Positions 22,781 to 38,494 of a stretch of DNA of 64,000 nt are shown piece by piece. A model generated the notes under the pieces. That model was not told the DNA's origin. It saw nothing but the letters and a program-made list of their open reading frames with translations, and did not search any database. This DNA comes from the human T2T-CHM13v2.0 reference genome, Homo sapiens. Positions within the stretch are counted from its first letter, which is position 1, and the number at the start of each line of letters is the position of its first letter. Position numbers and translations under genes: made by a program. Location: NCBI RefSeq assembly GCF_009914755.1, contig NC_060940.1. One strand, 5' to 3'.

Positions 22781-23815
22781 CTGAAAAATAAAGCAAAGTG
22801 AGTCAAACCTCTGGCTCCCACTTCCTGACCCACTGCTCCCCACACCCATCTTCAAGGACCCCTCCCGCCACAGTCCTGCCTCCTGATGAAGCGCAGAGCT
22901 TCCAGAGTGACTGTAGCCTCAGCAGGGCCGGTCCAGACACGGCTGAGTCCTGTGCTGCCCTGGAGGAGGAAGGTTCCTGGGATCCTGCTGCCCCGGGACT
23001 CAGGATCCAGCCTCTCAGTGCAGATGGATGGACTGTTCAACTTCACAAACTTCCGGTCCCTTCCCCTCCCCAGCTGCCCTTGTCTAGGAAGGCTCATGCT
23101 TTGCTTCAATGAAGCGAGGAGACCACAGAAATACCCATGGCTGTGGGGCTGTGACCAGCAGTGGCTGATTAGGGTGGAAACTGGAAAGCGTCACTGTCTC
23201 AGCAGAAGAAAGCAGGACCCCACACAGCCTGGGGAACGGCTGCCCACCCACGCCTCGGTGAAGACCACGGCCCTGGCGAGGCCCCAAGGTGCTTCTGAGA
23301 GATGAACGAGACACCTCAGTCATGGCACACTGGGTGGTGTGCTTCCCCTCCAAGTCCTGTCTTTGTTTTACACAGTCATATGAAAGACATAACCCCATTG
23401 CCCAAATCAAGCCTGGAGGAGATGCGTTACTATATACATTTTTTTCTTTAAAAAAATTTTTTTTTTTGGTGGTTTTCTTAAAAAAGCCTTTGAGTTGCAG
23501 GTCAGGTGAGTTGGTTCTGGAAGTACCGGAAGTTCTGTTGGTATGAGAGAGACTTGTCTACAGGCAGGTAAACCCAAGTTTGCCAAACAAAGGCAGTAAC
23601 CCCAGCGACCAGCTGCTGCTGCTGCACGGTGAGGAGGAGGAGGACACCATGGACACGAGTGGAGGCTGGATGGGACAACGCAGTGGACATCTGCTAATGC
23701 TCTAACACGGGGTTGGTGTCACTTCTGAGAAGAGCGAGGTGAGTGGGGATGCTATACAAGAGGGCTGTACAAACTGGGCACTGGATAGGTAGTTCCTTTG
23801 GTGGTCAAGGTGGCT

Positions 23816-23983
23816 CTACCTGTCCTTGAGCTCTCGTGTCACTCGCTTGGTGATCCGTCCACACATCAGGCCAATCAGGAACAATATACAGATGCTCCCA
23901 CTGATCACAGAGAGAATGTAGTTCTTAGATGGAGACGTCATTACTTGCATGGCAAGATCAGAGAAGCCATCTGCTGGGGCCAC
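23816..23983 (-). CDS. GLG1: GLG1 last coding exon of the main isoform: juxtamembrane region, TM helix (ILSVISGSICILFLIGLMCG), tail RITKRVTRELKDR*
   Basis: TAG acceptor, 55 codons + TAG stop at 23816-23818; hydrophobic helix followed by a basic tail. Confidence 0.97.
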   Translation of the reverse strand: MAPADGFSDLAMQVMTSPSKNYILSVISGSICILFLIGLMCGRITKRVTRELKDR

Positions 23984-24471
23984 CTAGAATGACACAAGGC
24001 AATGTGATTCTCTGAGAGAGCACTGGGCTGGTGGCAGTGCTAGGTCTAACTTATCCCTCTCAGTTCCTAGTTTAATTTATGTCTTTTCTTTTGGAGAGGG
24101 AGGGCAGGAGATAAGAAAAATCAACACAGAGCTACAACTCTTTTTCCTGATCATAAAACTATACACACGTCTACTGCACAAAATTAGAAATACAGAAAGA
24201 GACAAAGTGGTGCAGTCACCCACAATTCCATCACAGTGATCACCACTAACACCAGGACACTGAAGATGTGTCGGGCCCTGGACGAAGGGCTCCCCCTGCC
24301 CTCACTCATTTAGCACTCACACCAAGCCTAGCAAGCAGATTTCACCACTCCCATACTCTGGATGGAGAATCAGTGCCCAGGGGTGAGTGTGGTTAAATGA
24401 CTTCTATAAGGCCATGGGTTCTTCTATCTTTTGGTTTATGCTCTTTAAATGCGTTTGCTGCCTTTCTTTAA

Positions 24472-24741
<270 letters not shown>

Positions 24742-25021
24742 TGAACTCCTGACCTCGTGATCCGCCCACCTCGGCCTCCCAAAGTGCTGGGATTACAGGC
24801 ATGAGCCACTGCGCCCGGCCTTGTAAATTCTATATTATTTCTAAATTTTATATTTTGGCTTTTTTTTCATTGAGTTGGGGTCTCGCGCTGTTGCCCAGGT
24901 TGGTGTACAGTGGTGCGATCACAGCTCACTACAACCTCAAACTCCTGAGCTCAAGGGATCCTCCTACCTCAGCCTCCTGAGTAGCTGAGACTACAAGTGC
25001 ACCACCATGCCTGGCTAATTA

Positions 25022-25372
<351 letters not shown>

Positions 25373-27291
25373 CTATGTTGCCCAAGCTGGTCTCGAACTC
25401 CTGGGCTCAAGTGATCCTCCTGCCTCGGTCTCCCAAGGTGCTGGGATTATAGGTGTGAGCCACTGCACCCAGCCTGTATTTTGACTTTTTTCATTCACCA
25501 TTATATCATAAGCATTTCCCACATCAAAAACAATGTGCAGGCCGAGACCAGCCTGGACAACATAGCCAAGACCTTGTCTCCACAAAAAATTATAAAATTA
25601 GCTGGGTGTGGTGGCGTGCACCTGTGGTCCCAGCTACTCAAGGAGGATCACTTGAGCCCAGGAGTTCGAGGCTGCAGTGAGCCATGTTCGCACCACTGCA
25701 CCGCAAACAAGACTTATATTGACAGAATATATTTAACCGCCCTCCACTTGTGGACATTTATAATTTAACCTCAGCTATCTTTCATCCTCAGTTTTCCACT
25801 GCTTTCCCTAACGGACCTTGATGGTAGCCTGCTATGGCAGAATCAGGACCAAAAGGGTCCCCAGGTGCACATGTCCCCATTCTTTTGCATCCCAGCCTGG
25901 CTGCTGAGATGGTGTGGCCCAGAGGCATCTGGGCTGTTTCTATGCTCATATCACGTACACAGAACAGAGTAGGGAGGCGTGAGATGAATGAGATTTGAGC
26001 TCCAATAGTTGCCAACACAAAACAAGCCGTGAATTACTCTGAGTCACTCTGAAGCAATAATACACAGCTCAAAGGACTGGACACAATGAGGCAGAATGAA
26101 GTAACGCAGCATCTCCTGCTGCCGCTTCCCTGAGCCACCGGCTTTAAAGGCAACTTTCTTCCCTTGGCAGAAGGGTGAGGAGAGTGTTGACTACTGTGAC
26201 AGACAGGAGCCCTCCCTTGTACCTTCCTGCTGTCGACCTATGAAGACTTTCTCTGATTGTTCCTCTTGACTTGTTACCCTTGACTTGGAAGTAAAAGGGT
26301 GATAAAATTGGCCAGGAAGGAGGGGTGGTCCTGGGATTACTCTCTTGATCTTAGGCCACTGCAGATGTCTATCCCAATATGAGTCAATACAAAAGCATGG
26401 CTCTAAAAACCAGAGGGACTCTGGGCAAGTCGTGACCTCTGAAGTCAGTTTCCTTCACTGTAAAGTGACGAAACAGTCATTATACTTACCTCACAGGGTT
26501 TCAAAGTTCAAATCAGGCAATACGTCCACCAAAGCGTTATGTAAACTACAAAGCAATGTATGCACGAGAAGAACTGTTATTCTTCTCACTGAGGCTGAAC
26601 CTCTGTAGGAAAAATTACCCCTAGCCCAAGTCTACCTGGGTATCATACACATTCATGAGTGTCCTACAGTCTTTCTTCATCCCCTTCTTCTCCATGTTCC
26701 AGACCAGATGAGTACTGGCCTCAAATATGTATTTTTCTCCTAAAGACTGTAAAATGATAAAAGCAAGCTTCATCATAGGCGAGGCTGGATTTCTTTCTTT
26801 TGCCATGGGTGTGACATCTCTTTTGTCTTTGGGTGACTCACTTTTCAGCGGTGAACAGTGGGCGAAATGAGAAAGGAGGGCCCTGGCAAAGCCTTGCAGA
26901 CAGCCCGATGCACAGGGAGACGGCTCCAGGCTCACGGGCAGCCAAGGAATTCTAAAAGCACACTGACCATGTTTACTGTTTTTTAGTAGAGACGGGGTTT
27001 CACCGTGTTGGCCAGGTTGGTCTCGATCTCCTGACCTCGTGATCTGCCTGCCTCGGCCTCCCAAAACGCTGAGATTACAGGCGCGAGCCACCGCGCCCGG
27101 CCCTGACCACGTTTTCAAACGCACTTATTGCTAGTCTCACAATAAGGACAAGACCAGTGCGATATCTAAAAGAGGCTGGACAGCCACAGCGAGGAGAGTG
27201 GCATGGCCTTTGCTCAAGGATGACATGCAAATTGGTGAAGTGTTCCATATTTTTTTGTTTTTTTAAAAAAGGAGATTCTCTTGGTCATTAC

Positions 27292-27398
27292 CTTTGCTGC
27301 GTAACTCCACATCTCAATCCGGTCATTGAGGCGCTTTTTGCACTCGGGCTGTAACCTCACCCGCTTATCCTCCAGTGCTTCCATGAGACAGGACATTT
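27292..27398 (-). CDS. GLG1: GLG1 coding exon (MSCLMEAL...SYAAK), 107 bp
   Basis: CAG acceptor, GTAATG donor. Confidence 0.97.
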
Positions 27399-27736
27399 CT
27401 GTGGGAGGAAATGAATAATAAGAAGAACCTGAAACTGTACAGAATAGAGAAATTTCTGTAAAGATGAGGAAGAGGGCGCACAACCACCAGAGAATTCAGA
27501 TCTGCAGGCTCAACAAAGTTAAATACATACTAGAAAACTTGATCCAGGATCCAACAATGGAGAGAAATGATATGTAACCTCCAGGGTTGGCGTCCGAAGC
27601 CTCTCTTAAAACCTCCTTATTTTTAGAGCCAGGTGTGGTGGCAAACACCTGTAATCCCAGATACTTGGGAAGCTGAGGCAGGAGGATCCCTTGAGCCCAC
27701 GACTTTGAGACTACATTATAGTAAGACCTTGTTTCA

Positions 27737-27874
<138 letters not shown>

Positions 27875-28516
27875 TTAAAAAATACAAAAATGAGCCAGGC
27901 ATGGTGGTGGGTGCCTGTAGTCTCAGTTACTCAGGAGGTTAAGGTGGGAAAATCACTTGAACCCAGGAGGCGGAGGTTGCAGTGAGCTGAGATCATGCCA
28001 CCACACTCCAGCCTGGGTGACAGAGTGAGACTCTGTCTCAAAAAAATAAATAAAAATACAAACAAACAACTTCTATTAGTTTTATTGGGTATACGTGGCT
28101 CAAAAAGAACTCTCACACTTGCCTTGGCTCCCTCCTCACACAGAACCTGTCTACTGAGTCCACTGTCGTCACCGGGGAAGTGTGTGAAGCTGGCTTCTAG
28201 TTTCGGCACCAGGAAAAGGACCATGATGATGACTTTAACTTCTGCTTCCCTAATAAATACCTCAATTCTCCCTGTTCATCAAATCTTTAGCTCCAGTCAT
28301 GACAAGGCCAGTTCAAACTAGCAGGCTTATTCCTAAATTCATGATGCCATAAAGGTCTAGTTTTGGCATCACCCAGGTCCCCAGGGAATGTTGTCTATGA
28401 CTGGGCTACAACTACAGACCATACAGACCACAGTAGCTGCAACTGATGTCTAAGAGGGAGTCTTTGCTCTTCCCAAGAGAGTTCAGACAGGATCAAGAGT
28501 GAACACAGAGACTTAC

Positions 28517-28637
28517 GACGCCCGCGGCCAGGGGTGATGGCTGCGCAGTGGTGTTTAATGTCCAGGGCACAAGCAGTATGAAGTACCGGGTCAACAAAGA
28601 TGTCTGCTTTGCTTTCCTTCAGCATGTTTAGCACTTC
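28517..28637 (-). CDS. GLG1: GLG1 coding exon (EVLNMLKE...PGRGR/Q), 121 bp
   Basis: CCAG acceptor, GTAAGT donor. Confidence 0.97.
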
Positions 28638-30324
28638 CTGGAAAGGGAGGGTCATTGCAGACAGAGCTTTTGAAGGGGAAATGCATCAGATCTGTTGTCT
28701 GTAAATACTTCATATACTAATAAAAAAGGGGGGAAGTTGAGGGCTAACAACAGAGACCACTTTGGGACAGGTTGCAAGGTGGTGATGATGTACAGAATGC
28801 AGAATTTAATTGAGTAACTAACTACTTTTAGGGATACAAAACTGTGTGTTGGAAAAAAGCAGGGGACTGTAAGTGACTGTAAGATCAGATTTGTGTTTTT
28901 GGCATTCCCGTATGTCATGTCGTATCATTTTAAAATACCTAAACGTTAATATTTTTATTGGTGTGATACAATTACTGTGTTACTTTAAGAAATATGAAAA
29001 CGTGAAATCTTAAAATCAGAGTAATATGCTATATTAAAATTCTCAATCGGGACTGGGGGTGGTGGCTTATGCCTGTAATCCCAGCACTTTGGGAGGCCGA
29101 GGTAGGAGTCTGAGACCCGTGTGGGTAACACAGCAAGACCCCCATCTCTATAGAAAATTATTTAAAAAAAAATTAGCTGGGCATAATCGTGTGCCCTGTG
29201 GTCCTAGCCACCTGGGAGGTTGAGGTGGGAGGACTGCTTGAGCCCAGTTTGAGGTCCAGTGAGCTATGACTGCACCACTGCACTCCATCCTGGGAGACAA
29301 AGTGTGACCCTATCTCAAAGAAAAACAAAAACAAAAAAATACCAATTAGATAAAGGCACATTTGTTTACAAAATGTTCTACTTTACCTCTGTTGTCCTCA
29401 GAAAGAAAAACAGAAAGGACAGGGCATAACATCTACTACAAGAGCAATTCTTATTTGTGTTTACAGATGTCCTGAATGAGAGGAATATCAACATGATGGA
29501 ACTGAAATCAACTCTGCAGATTCTCCATTTATACATAAGGGAACTATGGGAGGTAAAGATAGGCCAGAAATGTTTCCATAAATAAAAGTTAGTATGCTCC
29601 AGACAAGACTCTAGTCCCTATAAAACAACAGTAAGAGAAATAAAAACCAAAAACCAAAGGCCAAATAATATTCTAAAATCCTCCCCAAAGTTATATGGGA
29701 TCATGTGATGATAAAAGAGGCAAAGGAAAATATACGGATCTAGCTTTCCACATTTTTAACAGACGAAAAAATGTGCACACAATGTTCTCAATTATTCAAT
29801 AATGACATCAGTGAAATTCTTTTTTAAAAGGTTAATTTTGGCTGGGCGCGGTGGCTCACACCTGTAATCCCAGCACTTTGGAAGGCCGAGGCGGGTGGAT
29901 CACGAGGTCAGGAGATCAAGACCATTCTGGCTAACACAGTGAACCCCCGTCTCTACTAAAAATACAGAAAATTAGTCAGGCGTGGTGGCGGGCGCCTATA
30001 GTCCCAGCTACTTGGGAGGCTGAGGCAGGAGAATGGCGTGAACCCGGGAGGCAGAGGTTGCAGTGAGATCACGCCACTGCGCTCCAGCCTGGGCAACAGA
30101 GCGAGACTCCGTCTCAAAGAAAAGAAAAGAATATTCACATTATAGGAGATGAGCAGTCAAAATCAAATGAAAGTTTGGTAAGAAGGAACAGCAAGAAAAG
30201 AGTGCTGGGCAGAAGGTTGAGATTTTTGGTTTTATTACCAAGGTAGGCAGACTACAGCATTAAAAGGAAGAAGAGAAAAAAAAAAAAAGAAATGAAGTGA
30301 GGAAAAGAAGGTGACGGTGGTTAC

Positions 30325-30432
30325 CTTTTTACACAATTCTGTTTTGATCTTGAGCAGGTTGACCTTGAGGCACTCCTCCACCTGACCTGTCTGCTCTTGG
30401 GCTGCTGCTTCTTCAGCACATAGACTGGAGAT
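30325..30432 (-). CDS. GLG1: GLG1 coding exon (ISSLCAEE...ELCKK), 108 bp, phase 0-0
   Basis: CAG acceptor, GTAACC donor. Confidence 0.97.
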
Positions 30433-30482
30433 CTGTTCAGGAGACACAAAAAACAAAGCTACCCCACTGAGCACAGAAATGA

Positions 30483-30623
<141 letters not shown>

Positions 30624-30948
30624 TGAGTAGCTGGGACTACAGGCGCGTGCTACCATGCCTGGCTGATTTTTTTTTTTTTTTTTAGACAGAGTCTTGCTCT
30701 TGTTGCCCAGGCTGAAGTACAATGGCACGATCTCGGCTCACCGCAACCTCTGCCTCTCATGTTCAAGTGATTCTCCTGCCTCAGCCTCCTGAGTAGCTGG
30801 AATTACAGGTATGTACCACCATGCCCAGCTAATTTTGTACTTTTAGTAGAGACAGAGTTTCTCCATGTTAGTCAGGCTGGTCTCGAACTTCTGATCTCAG
30901 GTGATTGCCCACCTTGGCTTCCCAAAGGGCTGGGATTACAGGGCATGA

Positions 30949-31386
<438 letters not shown>

Positions 31387-31806
31387 TAAATGTCATATCT
31401 TTACACTGTAAACACTGAGACTTGAGTCAGATCTCAGGACTTGTCAAAAAGAAGGCTGCTACTTGATTCCACAGGAGCAAGGTTATATATAACCAAATCA
31501 AATACGAAAAGCAAACGCTTGACATTCACATAGGTTCAGGGTCAAACCAGACTCTCAACTTGAAAGTGTGCACACGCGCGTACCCGCACACACACGCACA
31601 CATACACAGGAGTTGAGAAACACAGCCCACAGCAAAGACAAAAATATTAAGTTTCTTTGGACAGTTTTATGAGTGAGCTTTTTTGTAACAGCTTTTGTTA
31701 TGAGCTCCTGAAATTAACATATGTTGAACACGCTCTCCACAAGGCCTTTTCTAGCTAAGAAGTCCAATAATCTCCAAAGATGGGCACTTCCTTACGGCCA
31801 TTATAG

Positions 31807-32016
<210 letters not shown>

Positions 32017-32077
32017 TAGCCAGGATGGTCTCAATCTCCTGACCTCATGATCTGCCCGCCTCAGCCTCCCTAAGTGA

Positions 32078-32239
<162 letters not shown>

Positions 32240-32242
32240 TGA

Positions 32243-32497
<255 letters not shown>

Positions 32498-32738
32498 TAA
32501 TGAAAGAACACCCTTGTTCAACAGAGAAATATGGAACAACGCTTTAGAGTGTCAGGACTAATGCCAAGTTGAATTCAGTGTTACAAAGAACAGGAATGCA
32601 GACCATGGAGAGCCTAGAAGATGGCCTTCAATTCACCAGATCATTCACGGCTGAAGGGAGAGAAAGTAAACAACTTTTCTCCAGTGGAAACTTCTCTGAG
32701 CAGCTCTGTGCGTAACCAGTTTTGCACGCAAATCCCAC

Positions 32739-32840
32739 CTCGTCTGAGCAGTGCAGCTGGAGCTGAGGATCCAGGCGGTAGTCCAGGGCGGACTCCTGGA
32801 TAATGATTCGGATCTGGTCTTCACAGTCTGAAGACAGGCG
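32739..32840 (-). CDS. GLG1: GLG1 coding exon (RLSSDCED...HCSDE), 102 bp, phase 0-0
   Basis: CAG acceptor, GTGGGA donor; DYRLDP repeat motif. Confidence 0.97.
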
Positions 32841-33132
32841 CTGCATGTGACAAAGGGAGGATACATGGGCTGATCAGAAAACGAAGCTTTTCTACAAAAG
32901 CAGGACATGAAAAAAAAAACAAACAACAACAACCACAAGAACAAGAAAAAAACAAAAAGAACAAGAAAAAACAAAATGCCTGCTTTTGATCTGGCCCCTT
33001 AGCCCCCCAGGTTCGGGAAGATATGAAAAAGGTCTTGGGAAAACGGGAGCAAGCTAGGGATTTCAAAAGAGAAAATTCCCAGGGACAGAGGCTCCATAAA
33101 TACACCTTTGTGGAGAGCCCAGGCCAGTTTAC

Positions 33133-33275
33133 CTGGTCAGCATATCTCAGCTTCAGGCAAGAGATGACTTGTCCTTCTAATTCTGAATCATCCTTGGCCT
33201 TAGTCAGGATACCGTGACAGAATTTAGGAATGTCAGCTTTACAGGCTTTTCTTAACATGGGGTTTAAGCGGTAAT
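33133..33275 (-). CDS. GLG1: GLG1 coding exon (YRLNPMLR...RYADQ), 143 bp
   Basis: TAG acceptor, GTAAAC donor; within ORF 32821..33324. Confidence 0.97.
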
Positions 33276-34001
33276 CTAGAGTAGAAAGCAGTGAGCATGT
33301 GACAAAACATTCCACCTGATTCACACATTTTTAGATATCCACCTTCCTAAAGGGAGCATATTATGTCAATGATCATGACTACAACCATGGATTTATCTAT
33401 TCAATAAACATTTACTGAGCTCTCACTACACTGTTTTTAATCAGCAATATGACTTGTTAACGAGTACTTCTGGAGGTCCTCAGGAATCTTTCTACTCTGC
33501 GGGGTTTTGTGCAGACTCCAATACTCTAAGGAGTCCTCAGAAAAATCAAGGGGACATCAGCAACCTTCCCCATAACAGACACTTTTGAGAACACTGAAAA
33601 TAGAAATACAATATCCAACTCACTGTGACCATTAACTTACGAGGTCTTCCAACTCAGAGGTGAAATGTTTCTGTTCCGAATCAGATTACCCGTACATTCT
33701 CCTGGCACACTCATGAAGTTTTATTGAATTTCTAGATTTTTCTTTCCAAGGACTGCCGGCCTGATTCCTTCTGAACGTTCTTTTAGGGCAGTTTTCTGGT
33801 TCTTGTGGCCTCCTCTCTCCCCTGACTCTCCCTCCATTTTTCTGGATGCTCCTCAAAGGAGGAAGGCCCTGCTTACACTCAGACTCCTCCCTTAAAATTC
33901 CCAGGCAACAAAGCCCTGGGAGTTTGAGCAGGTCACTCTACAGCCACTGAATTCCTTTTCAGATACTCCACGGGGCCAGGAGAGCCAAGCCAAGATCTTA
34001 C

Positions 34002-34125
34002 CTGTGTTCTGGGTGATCTGGCGCTTGGTTATCATCTGTTTGCATTTGGGATCCATCAATTCACTGTTTTTATTTTGCTTCAAGCACTGCAACATGGTTT
34101 TAGAATCTGCTTCCGGACAGAACCT
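34002..34125 (-). CDS. GLG1: GLG1 coding exon (RFCPEADS...TQNT/D), 124 bp
   Basis: CAG acceptor, GTAAGA donor; within ORF 33892..34131. Confidence 0.97.
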
Positions 34126-34161
34126 CTGCAAAGAAACAGTTTGATAAAAACAGCTATCTAA

Positions 34162-34533
<372 letters not shown>

Positions 34534-34534
34534 T

Positions 34535-34633
34535 AAGGCTAGTCAAGTGAAGCAACAGGAATGTAGAAGAACAAATAAATCTGTAAGTAGCTGTGATCAA
34601 TTAGTTGTAAACAGCACCGCACTTGGACCAGCC
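34535..34633 (-). pseudogene. Y RNA (hY3/RNY3-derived) retropseudogene
   Basis: Reverse complement GGCTGGTCCAAGTGCGGTGCTGTTTACAACTAATTGATCACAG...CTTCACTTGACTAGCCTT followed by an A-tail; colinear with the hY3 sequence as I recall it. Confidence 0.9.
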
Positions 34634-36060
34634 TGTGGTCACCCTTAACATCTATCCGAAAGCTGATGAAAGCAGCAGCCTGAAGGCATCACGTGGTACA
34701 AGAGGAGCAGGTAGGCCTGAAAGAGCACCCCACCCCAACTTCCCCTTTCTTTCTTATTCTCTACTATTTCTCACATTTCTTTCTACTGCCTCACTGGTTC
34801 TTACACAGGATTGGTTCCCTATCTAGAGGGTGATGTTAAGTTTAATGGCATCTGAGGAACTTATTGTTTAAGCATGAATGTAACACTGTACCAGGTGGCT
34901 GTACAGCCCTCAAGCCCTACCTACCCAACTCTAGTGGGGAAACCTAGGAATTCTCCACTAACCAATGTGAACAAGGATGTGGGCTAAGGACCCACTTGGT
35001 TCATCTTAATTACAGGGCTATAATCCTACCAAGCAGTAAAGGGTAGGGTCCTGAACACTTACTGCTGTCCTTTAAGTCAGGGATCAGCTGTGGACTAGTA
35101 ATAAACTCCCTATCCGTTCTGCTAATCCGCAAGTCTTCAAGTGTTACAGTGTCTGATAAACTCTGGTTGAGACACTTGAGCACTGAGCCTCTCTTCCTAG
35201 TTCTGTTTCTAGTTCTCTAAAGAGTGTGATTATAACCTGCTGACATCTTGTTATGGAGACATGGATTGTTCACTGACTTTTAGAAAATTTTCCAAAGCTC
35301 TCTCACATCAGAGCCTGACATTTCCATTTTTACATATGACTCAATTTCATCAGGCCAGTTAAAAAGACTTACATTCTAACTTTCAAAATTCTCTCTAGAA
35401 TTTATTTGATAGTGTAAAAAGTAGCATTTTACTTTAAAGGAAAGCTGAAATAAAGGAGCTAGAACCTTTAGTTTAAGTTTAAAAAAAAAATTTTTTTTTC
35501 TTTTTTGAGACAGAGTCTTACTCTGTCGCTCAGGCTGGAGTGCAGTGGCATGACCTTGGCTCACTGCAGCCTGCGCCTCCCAGGAGCGATTCTCTTGCCT
35601 CAGCCTCCTGAATAGCTGGGACTACAGGCATGTGCCACCACACCCGGCTAATTTTTGTATTTTTAGTAGAGACGGGGTTTCACCATGTTGGCCAGGCTGG
35701 TCTCGAACTCCTGACCTCAGGTGATCCTCCCGCCTTGGCCTCTGAAAGTGCTGGGATTACAGGCGTGAGCCACCGTGCCCTGCCGAACCTTGAGTTTAAT
35801 GTATGTGTGGCGAGATCAGGGAACTGACATCTAGGTACTCAGGTCAGCCCTGCTGCAGGGAATACCTGCTGGAGGAGGGAATGAAGCAAAACAACCTGTA
35901 AAACAGAAAAATCTTCTGAATGTGCCAGATGGATGATCAGGACATTAGATGGTGACTTTCTTAGTACAGCTACTATTAATCGTCCTCAAAACCAATCATT
36001 TATTTATTGCACATCCATTTACTTGTGCCTCAGGTCAAAGTGAGGTCAGTTATCCCAGCT

Positions 36061-36235
36061 CTGTGGTTTCCAAACTTGAGCCTGCATCAGAACCCCCTAG
36101 GGAGGCAGCTAAGGCAGACTTCGTGCTCTACTCCCAGAGTTTCTGATTCAGCAGATCTGGAGGGGGGCCCAGGAACCCGCAGGCTCCCAGGGGGTGCTGC
36201 TGCTGCTGCTCGTCTAGGGACCACACTTTGAGAAA
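36061..36235. mobile_element. MER5A-like (hAT-Charlie) DNA transposon relic
   Basis: gtggtttccaaacttgagcctgcatcagaa...cccagagtttctgattcagcagatctgg...ggaccacactttgagaa. Confidence 0.75.
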
Positions 36236-36321
36236 GCTGAGCCTGAGGAAGTTGCTGCCATTGTTTGTGCTTTGTTGTTTTGTTGTTCATCCGTGCTCGG
36301 CCTTTGGTGTCGGCTTCTCAC

Positions 36322-36459
36322 CTTTATCATCTGCTTGCAGACCCTCATGAGGGTGTAGTCTAGCTCTGGGTCCATCATCTCTGTCTCCTGCAGCTTAAAT
36401 ACTTTTTGGTGGCAGCGGGTGCTTAGCTGCTTCTTGTTTTCTTTCAGACATTCGATAAT
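36322..36459 (-). CDS. GLG1: GLG1 coding exon (IIECLKEN...KQMIK), 138 bp, phase 0-0
   Basis: TAG acceptor, GTGAGA donor. Confidence 0.97.
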
Positions 36460-37199
36460 CTATGGCAAAAGAGTTATAGTCAAGTTGAGAGATGTCAGAG
36501 ACTGCTCATCCATGTGTTCTGATTGAAACATTCAGCTCCACTGTGCCTCCCATTTCTTTATCCATTTCTCATTCCCAGGCAATCGGAATCAGGATTTCCT
36601 TACCAAAGATAAGGATTTACAACCTTACAGCTGACAGCAAACCCAACTAGACAAAAACTCAGGATGACTGGCAGGCTGTGCTCCAGTCTAATGGAAAAGA
36701 AACACACCCACGATTTCTGGTTTCTTCTGCCTTCCAGAGCTGCTCCTTGTCCACATTCATTTTGGAGATAGGCTCTCTGCATTTTCCCAGAGCAACAGCT
36801 CCGACTAGACAGTGGGCACAAACCAGGAGGTTCAATTCAACCCACTATTTACCACCTGAGAAAGACTACTGGATGCTAGATATGAATCAGACCCAATTCT
36901 CAGCCTGATAAATTCACAGCTACACAGGGCAAACTTATGTAAACAAGTAACTATGATTAGAAAAAGATGAGTTATCACTCAAAATACAAAAGCATAAAGT
37001 GTCATGAAATGAATTTTAAGGTAGTGAATTAAGTATATCCTGAAATCTTCCCTTCCCTAAACCTTCAGATATCATGAAAAGAAAGAAGGAAAGCAGATGG
37101 GAAGGTGCAGCAGCTGGGGCTATGGCAGGAAGCCATGAGACTTCCGGGAAATCGTCAAGGCATGGCCAAGAATCACTAACTAGTTGACGAACACTAATA

Positions 37200-37860
37200 T
37201 CATAAGAAAGATGATAAATAAAATGAACCAAGGAGTCAAAAACTGAGGGAAAGGGGTAATAGAGCAATCAAAACAGAATTTTAAAATATACTTAAAATCC
37301 TCAGAACAACACAGAAGACAACAGTAAATAAGAATCAAGAATAGGTAGTTATGAAAAGAAGCAATGAGAAAGCTAGGAAATGAAAAACAAAACTTGATTG
37401 GTGGTCTCCTGGAGCAGAATGGACAAAGCTGAAGAATAAATTATATGCTGGGAAAGAGAACTGAGGAGTTACCTAAAATGTAGTACAAAGAAATGAAAAG
37501 TACCAAAGAAAAAGTTAAAGAGACATGGAAGACGGACTCAGATGCTCCAATTGCCTAACACGAGTTCCAGAAGGAAGGAAAGGGAAAGCAGTATGTGAAA
37601 GAGCAATGACTGAGAATGTCCCAGAACTGAAGGAAGACATAGATTGTGAGATTGAAAGAGCCAACCGGAAACACACACAAAACAAAAACCATACCTAACC
37701 ACATCACACTGAAACTACAGATCATTACAGACAAAGAGAAGACTCTAAAACCTATCAGAAACAGATTAACTACAAAGCAATGAGACTTATATTGACATCA
37801 GACTTTGCATCAGCAACAGTCTGATACAAGAGGACAATGAAGTAATTATCTCAAAGGCTG
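37200..37860 (+). mobile_element. Old L1M ORF1-region fragment
   Basis: A-rich, with L1 ORF1-like motifs (gagttccagaagga, gactgagaatgtcccagaactg, gacatcagacttt). Confidence 0.6.
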
Positions 37861-38401
37861 AAGCCCCATGGCAATGCCCTTAACTAGAAGAGGTAGCCGA
37901 GTAGTAACGAGAACATTTTTTTAAAAATCATTTGTTTGTATGTACTTCACTCCTGACAATTCTGGATAGGGTCCTGTTTCTGTCTATTAAAAAAAAGTGT
38001 CCTAGGTGATTCTGATGTGACGTCTAGTTAAGAACTTCTGTGCAATGGGAACACAGTGAAGTAACGGTTAATTTTGGAGGTGCAGAGCATTGAGAATGCT
38101 ACAGAGGAGGAGGCATCTGAAGGATCATTAGGAGCTTACTAGGCAGACAAGGTAGGGAAGGATGAGGTAACCTGAAAGAGGGAAGAAAATGAGTTAGAGA
38201 GGAGTGCAGGTGAAGAACCCAAGGAAACGCAGCCTGATGTAGTTTAAGAAGGGATTAGGTTGGAAGGGATGAGATGGGTCCTGTCTCACCAGCAAAAAAT
38301 TCATGACTAAAATGTTACCTTATGGGCACTAGCTTTTGAGAAAACATTAAATATTACCTTCACATTACTTTTACAATTACAAAAGAAAAGCAAAAAGTTA
38401 C

Positions 38402-38494
38402 CTGAGCGTTGCCATATTGCACAGCGGAACAGAAGTTTTTGATGTCACTCTTGCAGGCTTCGTATAGATCTGGCTCCAAGCGGATGTCCTCCGT
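38402..38494 (-). CDS. GLG1: GLG1 coding exon (TEDIRLEP...YGNAQ), 93 bp, phase 0-0
   Basis: CAG acceptor, GTAACT donor. Confidence 0.96.

Noticed and set aside
21680-23410. ORFs of 100-177 aa within the GLG1 3' UTR
   Set aside because: No homology recognised; GC-rich UTR with ORFs in many frames on both strands
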